Assembly (NCBI GenBank): GCA_965263035.1
Contig: OZ253580.1
Span: forward strand, 5,056,001 to 5,120,000
Direction of reading: 5' to 3'
Source of the DNA: Acidobacteriota bacterium
GTDB taxonomy: Bacteria; Acidobacteriota; UBA6911; RPQK01; JAJDTT01
Length of the DNA: 64,000 bases
A model generated the notes under the pieces. The model was not told the origin of the DNA, searched no databases, and saw only the letters and a list, made by a program, of their open reading frames with translations. Positions 58,439 through 64,000 of this stretch are shown here, in pieces; the first letter of the stretch is position 1, and every line of letters starts with the position of its first letter. Made by a program: the position numbers and the translations under genes.

Positions 58439-60829
58439 CTACTCGATGGTCACCAGGATGGGCCGGGAGGCGTAGTCGACCGACTCTTCCAGGATTCCCA
58501 AACCCCTCATCTTTTCGGTTCGCTCGCTACGGTGCCGGGTGACGACGTAGATGGGAACGGTCATGGGCTCCAGCGATTTCTCCGCCAGAATATTCAAGGT
58601 GCGGGAGTGTTCCCCCTTGCTGATGACCAGACCGGCATTGGTGGACCGTCCGTCAACGAAAAGGCCGGGGGGACGATTCTTAACTTCGATGCCCACCTCA
58701 TGGGCGAAGTCATCCGGACAGTCGATCCGCACATGGAGGCGGCCTTGGGTTCCACGCCGCAGGACCAGATGCTCCGGTTCCACCAGAGGCCGGATAGTGG
58801 GGGGAGGGACCAGGGAGACCAGGTTCAGCCCGCTGTCCGGGTCCACCGCGGGATGGATTCTTTCCGCACCGCCGATGCTGGCGCGCCCTTGGATCTTGAG
58901 CCTGTGATCAGGTCGTACCGGAGGTGCGGAGGAGTCCGCCGTTAAGATCAGGGTCGTCTGGAACTCGTCCCGGCGGATGGTCCCCGGCTCGGCCCGGATG
59001 CCGGGCGGAAGATCCAGGGCCTCGATTCGAATCTCGTCCCGAAACCCGTCGATCCGCAGGGCCGACACCACCAGAGGAACGCTCCCACCCAGGGGGACGT
59101 TGGGGCTCCTGGCTCCGGCTCCCCTCAGGTCCCGCTGTTGCATGAAACCGTCGTCAAGATAGAGCCGGAAATCGGGTCGCGCCGGACGGACCGTGAGACG
59201 GTACGCATGGTGGGGTCCTCCCGAGCCGTGCAGGTCCCGCAGCCGAACCAGGTATTCTCCGTCCGCCGGGGGGTCGAACAGGAGATACGAGTCCTTGCCG
59301 TAGACGGGACCGCCGTCGTCGTTCCGGTAGAAGAGGGTCAGGGTGGACGACCCTCCCGGGGCCGGAGCCTCGGGGGGGAGGATTTCCACCTTTCGGGCGT
59401 TGTAGTTCTTGGGGTGGTTCTGGGGACTGGTGCCCAACCAGGCCAGGCGCTGCCCCAAGAGGCCCTGGGCCAGGGAGAAGTCGTCCGAGTGGCGGAGTCC
59501 CTCTTCCAGGCGGACCAGCTCCCGCTCGCTCAGGAGGACGAAGTCTCGCCCCCGAAACGCCATTCCGCTGGCCAGGTCGAACCGCTGCAATTGCAGGGAA
59601 CGGGAGGCCAGGGGTTCCAGGTGGCTTCCTTCGAAGACGGTCCTGAGTCGGGCCCGGGGCAGGGAACGCCCTTGGAGGTCCAGGATTTCGATATGCGAAT
59701 CCAGGGGTGAATCGAGCCGTTGTGACACGACCTCCAAGGCCAGAGGTTGACCGTGGCGAGCCGGAAAGCGGAACACGTCGGCGTCCCGGGTCGAATCGAT
59801 CCGGCCGTTGACGGTGATCGGCACGGAGATCGGCTGAGCCGTCTCCGGGGCGTCGTTCTCCTCCAGTTCCAAAGTCTCACCGTGGCGTCCCACGGCGATC
59901 CTGACCGGGTTGAGGGCCGGACCCCGGGGCGTCCGGATCGTCAGGTCCCGAAAGCCGTCTTCTCGGGGTGGCCGATCCCCGCGGAGCCGAATCCTGGTTT
60001 GATCTCCCAGATTGAAGCCTTCCAACCGCGCTTCCACCTCTTCGCCCCGACGCCCGCCCGCGGGGAACAGTTGGGTCACATAGGGAATGGGCCCCATGGT
60101 GAGGCGGTAGAAACTCCGGGCGCCGCCTCCGCCTGCGAAATCGGTGACCCGGACCGTGTAGCGGCCCGATCGGGGCAGCCGCAATCCCAGCATGGCGTCG
60201 AGGTTTCGCGGAGAGGCGTTGTTGCTGCTGGCCAGGACGCGTCCCTCCGGTCCCGTGAGGGTAAGGGCGCCATCCAGCCGGGAACCCAGGGGGTGGGCCT
60301 GGAGTTGAAGCACCAACTCCTCGCCCCGGCGCCCTTCCAACTGGAAATAGTCCTCCTCTCCCCCTTTGGCGATGACGCCGTTCACCGTCACGGGCAGAGT
60401 CACCGGTTGGGCTCCGGCGAGGGTGCCGTTTCCGGCGGATTCGCGGACTTCGGGGAATCGCCCGACGGCGAAGGGAATCCAGTTGCTGGCACCGTGCCGG
60501 GTCTTGACTCGGAATCCGTAGATTGCGGGAGGCGTTGCCTCGTGAACGTCGACTTCCAGACGCAACCGCGCCAGCGGGGTCTGGAACCGGCCGTTGGGAC
60601 CGTCCCATTTCTCGCGGATGGTCGCCGTTATCTCCGACGTATTGAAAATTAGATTTTCAGCCTCTTTGAGGTGTAATCCCTCCAAAATGACTTGAACTCT
60701 GGATCCGGCCTGAGCCCCGGTAGGGTTGGCCACGTTGACCACCGGCGCGGAAGGGTAGTAGGTCGTAGCCAATCCCCAGGAAATGGCGGCGAAAAAGGTC
60801 AGGATCTGAGTTCCGGATTCCAGGCGCAT
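58439..60829 (-). CDS. Secreted multi-PPC/Ig-like domain protein of DUF1501/DUF1553 clusters
   Basis: PTGAQAG, LPVTVNGVI, EDYF, SRLDG, ELEEND, NDD, GEYLVRLRD. Confidence 0.75.
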   Translation of the reverse strand: MRLESGTQILTFFAAISWGLATTYYPSAPVVNVANPTGAQAGSRVQVILEGLHLKEAENLIFNTSEITATIREKWDGPNGRFQTPLARLRLEVDVHEATPPAIYGFRVKTRHGASNWIPFAVGRFPEVRESAGNGTLAGAQPVTLPVTVNGVIAKGGEEDYFQLEGRRGEELVLQLQAHPLGSRLDGALTLTGPEGRVLASSNNASPRNLDAMLGLRLPRSGRYTVRVTDFAGGGGARSFYRLTMGPIPYVTQLFPAGGRRGEEVEARLEGFNLGDQTRIRLRGDRPPREDGFRDLTIRTPRGPALNPVRIAVGRHGETLELEENDAPETAQPISVPITVNGRIDSTRDADVFRFPARHGQPLALEVVSQRLDSPLDSHIEILDLQGRSLPRARLRTVFEGSHLEPLASRSLQLQRFDLASGMAFRGRDFVLLSERELVRLEEGLRHSDDFSLAQGLLGQRLAWLGTSPQNHPKNYNARKVEILPPEAPAPGGSSTLTLFYRNDDGGPVYGKDSYLLFDPPADGEYLVRLRDLHGSGGPHHAYRLTVRPARPDFRLYLDDGFMQQRDLRGAGARSPNVPLGGSVPLVVSALRIDGFRDEIRIEALDLPPGIRAEPGTIRRDEFQTTLILTADSSAPPVRPDHRLKIQGRASIGGAERIHPAVDPDSGLNLVSLVPPPTIRPLVEPEHLVLRRGTQGRLHVRIDCPDDFAHEVGIEVKNRPPGLFVDGRSTNAGLVISKGEHSRTLNILAEKSLEPMTVPIYVVTRHRSERTEKMRGLGILEESVDYASRPILVTIE

Positions 60830-63291
60830 CAGTGGTTGAAGAGGAATTCCTTGCTCATCATCAAGCCCGCCCAGAAATCTTCCAGGAGTTCCCGGCGCCC
60901 GGGTTGCCGGCCGGCGGTCGAGCCTCCATCCGGGCGGAGGTGCTCCAGGATTTCCGCCTCCTCCCCTGGGGAAGGCGGCCGGGAAAGCGAGCTCCAGAAG
61001 ATCCGGCGGACGATCTCCCGATCCGCGAGCCCCTCGTCGAGCATCCGCTGGAGGTTCCCTTGGGTGGAGCGGAGCTTGTCGCTCAGGAACTCCCCGTTGA
61101 GCAGGTGCAGGATCTGGGGAACCGTGGAGCTCCGGACCCGCTCCGAGTAGGCGTTGATTTCTCTGGCGGGGCGTCCAAACAGGGTCAGGGCGTAGGAGCT
61201 CACCCGGGAGTCGGGCAGTTGAAGGGCCCGCACGCCCTCAGGGTGTCCGGCGAAGCTCTCGGGCACTCCGAGAACCTGGGACACCACGTCCAGCAGGACC
61301 TCGGCGGGGAGCCTCCGGATCAGATAGTGGGAGTGATACTTCCGGTCGTGGCTGTTGCCTTGCGGCCGGGAGCTCCTCTGGTAGGTGGCCGAGTTCATTA
61401 CGGATCGGATCAGAGACTTGAGGTCGAATCCGCTCCGCACCAGTTCGCGCCCCAGCGCCTCCAGGAGGCGGGGGTTGGAAGCCGCGTTGGTTTCCCTCAT
61501 GTCGTCGGCGGGATGGACCAGGCCTCGGCCCATGAAGTGATGCCAGACGCGGTTCACCACGGCGCGGACGAAGTAACGATTTTCGCCCGACGTGAGCCAC
61601 TCGGCGAGAGGCAGCCGCCGGTCTCTCGCCGGACGGTCGCTGATCGTCTCCACCGACTCCAGAGGACGGGGAGGCAGGGGCCGGCCCAGGCGCGGATGGA
61701 TCACCTCGCCGCGGCTGGCAGTGAATATGGTGGTCTCTTTCAATGAGTTGGGATTGTCGGCAAAGCCGTAGCCCACGTCGTTCTTGCGGCCCACTCGGGA
61801 GAAGAAGCTGGAGAGGTGGTAGTAGTCGTCCTGGGTCCATTTGTCCAGGGGGTGGTTGTGGCAACGAGCGCAATTGATGGAGATCCCCATGAAGGTGAGG
61901 GTCATGTTCTCCGCCAGCACGGTGGGCTCGTCGTGCAGCAGATAGTAATTGGCGGCGCCGTTGCTCAGATTGCTTCCGGAAGCGGTGATGATCTCTTGGA
62001 CGAAGCGGTCCCAGGGTTTGTTCTCGGCCACGCTCCGCCGGATCCAGTCGTGGAAGGTCCGAGTGGCCGCAGGCGTGAGCTTGGAGCTGGAAACCAGGAG
62101 GAGGTCGGACCATTTGTAGGCCCAGAGATCCGCGAACTCGGACCGCTCCAGCAGCGAATCGACCAGCCGGCTTCGTTTTCGGGGATCCGGATCGGCCGCA
62201 AACCGTTCGGCTTCCTCGACGCTGGGCAGGATTCCCGCGGCGTCCAGGTGAGCCCGCCGGAGAAACTCCGAATCGGTACAGAGTTCCGACGGGGGGATCC
62301 GCATCCGCTTCAGCTTTTCCAGGACCGGATCGTCGACGAAATTCTGGCGGGTCGCGTTGCGAAAGACCTCTTCGGGGATCTCTCCCGGAAAGGGAACGGC
62401 GATTCTCGCCGAGGCGATCCGGTCCAGGTACCAGACCGACAGGATCGCCTCGCCGTGACCCGAAATCTCCACCCGTCCATCCTCTCCGACCTTGGCCACG
62501 GAGGCGTCGCTGCTCGCATATTTTCCCCAGCGACTGACGTCCTCGGTCCGCCCGTCGGAGAAGAAAGCCCGGACGACGAGCCGGTGCTGGTCTCCGGGGC
62601 GCAGTGTCGCCTGCGAGGGGAAGACCTCCAGACGCTCGATCCTGGGATCTTCGGGGGAGGGGCCTCGGGCTCCACCCGCGATCCAGTCGGCCAGGATCCG
62701 GTAGTCGAGGGAGTCGGTTTCCAGCAGCCTTCCGCCGCCATGGGAGACGGCCAGGGTGGGTTTGAGCAGAAGCAAACTCCGAGACGGTTCCTGGCGGGAG
62801 ATCCTGCGGCCCCCGGCCTCCCGCGTCAGAGCCCGATAATCCGCCTCCGGCGAATAACCTCGCAACGAGAGCTTGAAGAAGTTCTGTCCCGCACCGGCTC
62901 CGTGGCAGGCCCCCGAATTGCACCCCGTCTTGGTCATGACCGAGCGGACCTGGTTGCGAAAGTCCCGAGTCGGCGGTTGGCCGGCCGATTCCACCCGGAT
63001 TCGGGTCGTGGCCTGCCGGCCGTCGGGAAGCTGGGCGGTGATTCGGGTCTCTCCGTCTGCCACCGCGCGCACCACACCCTGAGCGTCCACTCGGGCCACC
63101 CCGGGAGACGACGAGGTGAAGGCGGCTTCCGGGGTCAGATCCCCCTTGGAACCGAGCTGAGGTGTCCGCCGGGTCAGGATCAGTTGCTGCGTTGCGTTCT
63201 GGCCCTGAAGCGTGGTCTCGGAAGGCAACAAAGCCAGTGAATCGGCGCTGGAAACCGAGATCGTCGAGGCCAGCAGGAGAGTAGCGATCAT
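60829..63291 (-). CDS. Ig-like plus DUF1549/DUF1553 protein
   Basis: GCNSGACHG, FKLSLRGY, EFLRRAHLD, CARCHNHPLDKWTQDDYY, EFLFNH. Confidence 0.9.
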   Translation of the reverse strand: MIATLLLASTISVSSADSLALLPSETTLQGQNATQQLILTRRTPQLGSKGDLTPEAAFTSSSPGVARVDAQGVVRAVADGETRITAQLPDGRQATTRIRVESAGQPPTRDFRNQVRSVMTKTGCNSGACHGAGAGQNFFKLSLRGYSPEADYRALTREAGGRRISRQEPSRSLLLLKPTLAVSHGGGRLLETDSLDYRILADWIAGGARGPSPEDPRIERLEVFPSQATLRPGDQHRLVVRAFFSDGRTEDVSRWGKYASSDASVAKVGEDGRVEISGHGEAILSVWYLDRIASARIAVPFPGEIPEEVFRNATRQNFVDDPVLEKLKRMRIPPSELCTDSEFLRRAHLDAAGILPSVEEAERFAADPDPRKRSRLVDSLLERSEFADLWAYKWSDLLLVSSSKLTPAATRTFHDWIRRSVAENKPWDRFVQEIITASGSNLSNGAANYYLLHDEPTVLAENMTLTFMGISINCARCHNHPLDKWTQDDYYHLSSFFSRVGRKNDVGYGFADNPNSLKETTIFTASRGEVIHPRLGRPLPPRPLESVETISDRPARDRRLPLAEWLTSGENRYFVRAVVNRVWHHFMGRGLVHPADDMRETNAASNPRLLEALGRELVRSGFDLKSLIRSVMNSATYQRSSRPQGNSHDRKYHSHYLIRRLPAEVLLDVVSQVLGVPESFAGHPEGVRALQLPDSRVSSYALTLFGRPAREINAYSERVRSSTVPQILHLLNGEFLSDKLRSTQGNLQRMLDEGLADREIVRRIFWSSLSRPPSPGEEAEILEHLRPDGGSTAGRQPGRRELLEDFWAGLMMSKEFLFNH

Positions 63292-64000
63292 GCGGCGCCA
63301 AAGAGCTCCCGGATCGGCTCCACCCCGATATCCACCACGGGAACGGGCCGGTTCCCCGGTCCGTCCAGCTCGGTGTGCATGCTGACGCCGAGGGCCTGAT
63401 AGAGGGTAGCCAGAATCTCCATGGGGCGGACGGGCCGATCCCTGGGTTCGCTGGCCGTGCCATTGGAGGAACCGATGACCTGGCCCCCCACGATTCCTCC
63501 GCCGGCGAGGATGAGTGTGCCGCAGGCCGGCCAGTGATCTCGTCCGCCCGCCGGATTGATCTTGGGGGACCGGCCGAACTCTCCCATGGCCACCACCAGG
63601 GTCTGTTCCAGGAGGCCCCGCTGGTGGAGGTCCTCCAGCAGGGAAGAGAAGGCATGGTCAAACATGGGTCCAAGGGTGTCGAGTGCGCTCAGAGAGGTGA
63701 AGGGCGCTTGTCCATGAATGTCCCAGGACCCGGCCAGATCGTCGAACATGTTGACGGTCACGAAGCGGACACCCCGTTCCACGAGCCTGCGGGCCAGGAG
63801 GCAGCTCTGGCCGAAACGGTTCATGCCGTAGCTCTGGCGGAGCTTGTCCGGCTCGCCGGTCAGGTCGAAGGACTGACGAGCCTGGCGGGAGGAGACGATC
63901 CGATAGGCCTGGGAGAAGTTGGCGTCCAGGAGCCGGCTCTCGGCGCAGTTCTTTTCGAAATCAAGAAAGCTCCGGTCGATGAGCCGGCGGAAGGAGACCC
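63288..64000 (-). CDS. DUF1501 domain protein, 5' end outside the window
   Basis: FGQSCLLARRLVERGVRFVTV, WDIH, GEFGRSPKIN..GGRDHWP. Confidence 0.9.
   Translation of the reverse strand, partial: VSFRRLIDRSFLDFEKNCAESRLLDANFSQAYRIVSSRQARQSFDLTGEPDKLRQSYGMNRFGQSCLLARRLVERGVRFVTVNMFDDLAGSWDIHGQAPFTSLSALDTLGPMFDHAFSSLLEDLHQRGLLEQTLVVAMGEFGRSPKINPAGGRDHWPACGTLILAGGGIVGGQVIGSSNGTASEPRDRPVRPMEILATLYQALGVSMHTELDGPGNRPVPVVDIGVEPIRELFGAA

Noticed and set aside
1-64000. tRNA, rRNA or known riboswitches
   Set aside because: None recognised by eye; a covariance-model scan would be needed to exclude them.

Overview
GC-rich bacterial chromosomal window. DUF1501/DUF1549/DUF1553 cytochrome modules, DUF3500 and a CehA/McbA-type hydrolase suggest an Acidobacteriota or PVC-like host (inference only). 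The left end is a nest of mobile elements (edge of an HTH-gene element, the 3' half of a group II intron, an IS1380) sitting in a truncated Avs2-like STAND defence gene, followed by higBA. Two candidate novel systems stand out. (1) A ~9.2 kb integrated element (42863-52072) splits a sodium:solute symporter gene at an 11-bp core. It encodes a Cre-like tyrosine recombinase, large terminase, HNH nuclease, HK97-type capsid, prohead protease, portal and two head-completion proteins, but no tail, lysis or replication genes, so it resembles a capsid-forming phage satellite (cf-PICI-like). (2) A four-gene operon (17376-22841) encodes a P1B heavy-metal ATPase fused through a His-striped helix to an HflK/SPFH domain, followed by HflC, a free HflK and a small membrane-anchored protein. 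A separate hflKC pair lies at 37099-39035. Also present: recQ, avtA, frdABCD, a sigma-70 factor, an intact IS1380, two MITE families and REP-like palindromes. All family calls come from motif recognition by eye; no database searches were run.
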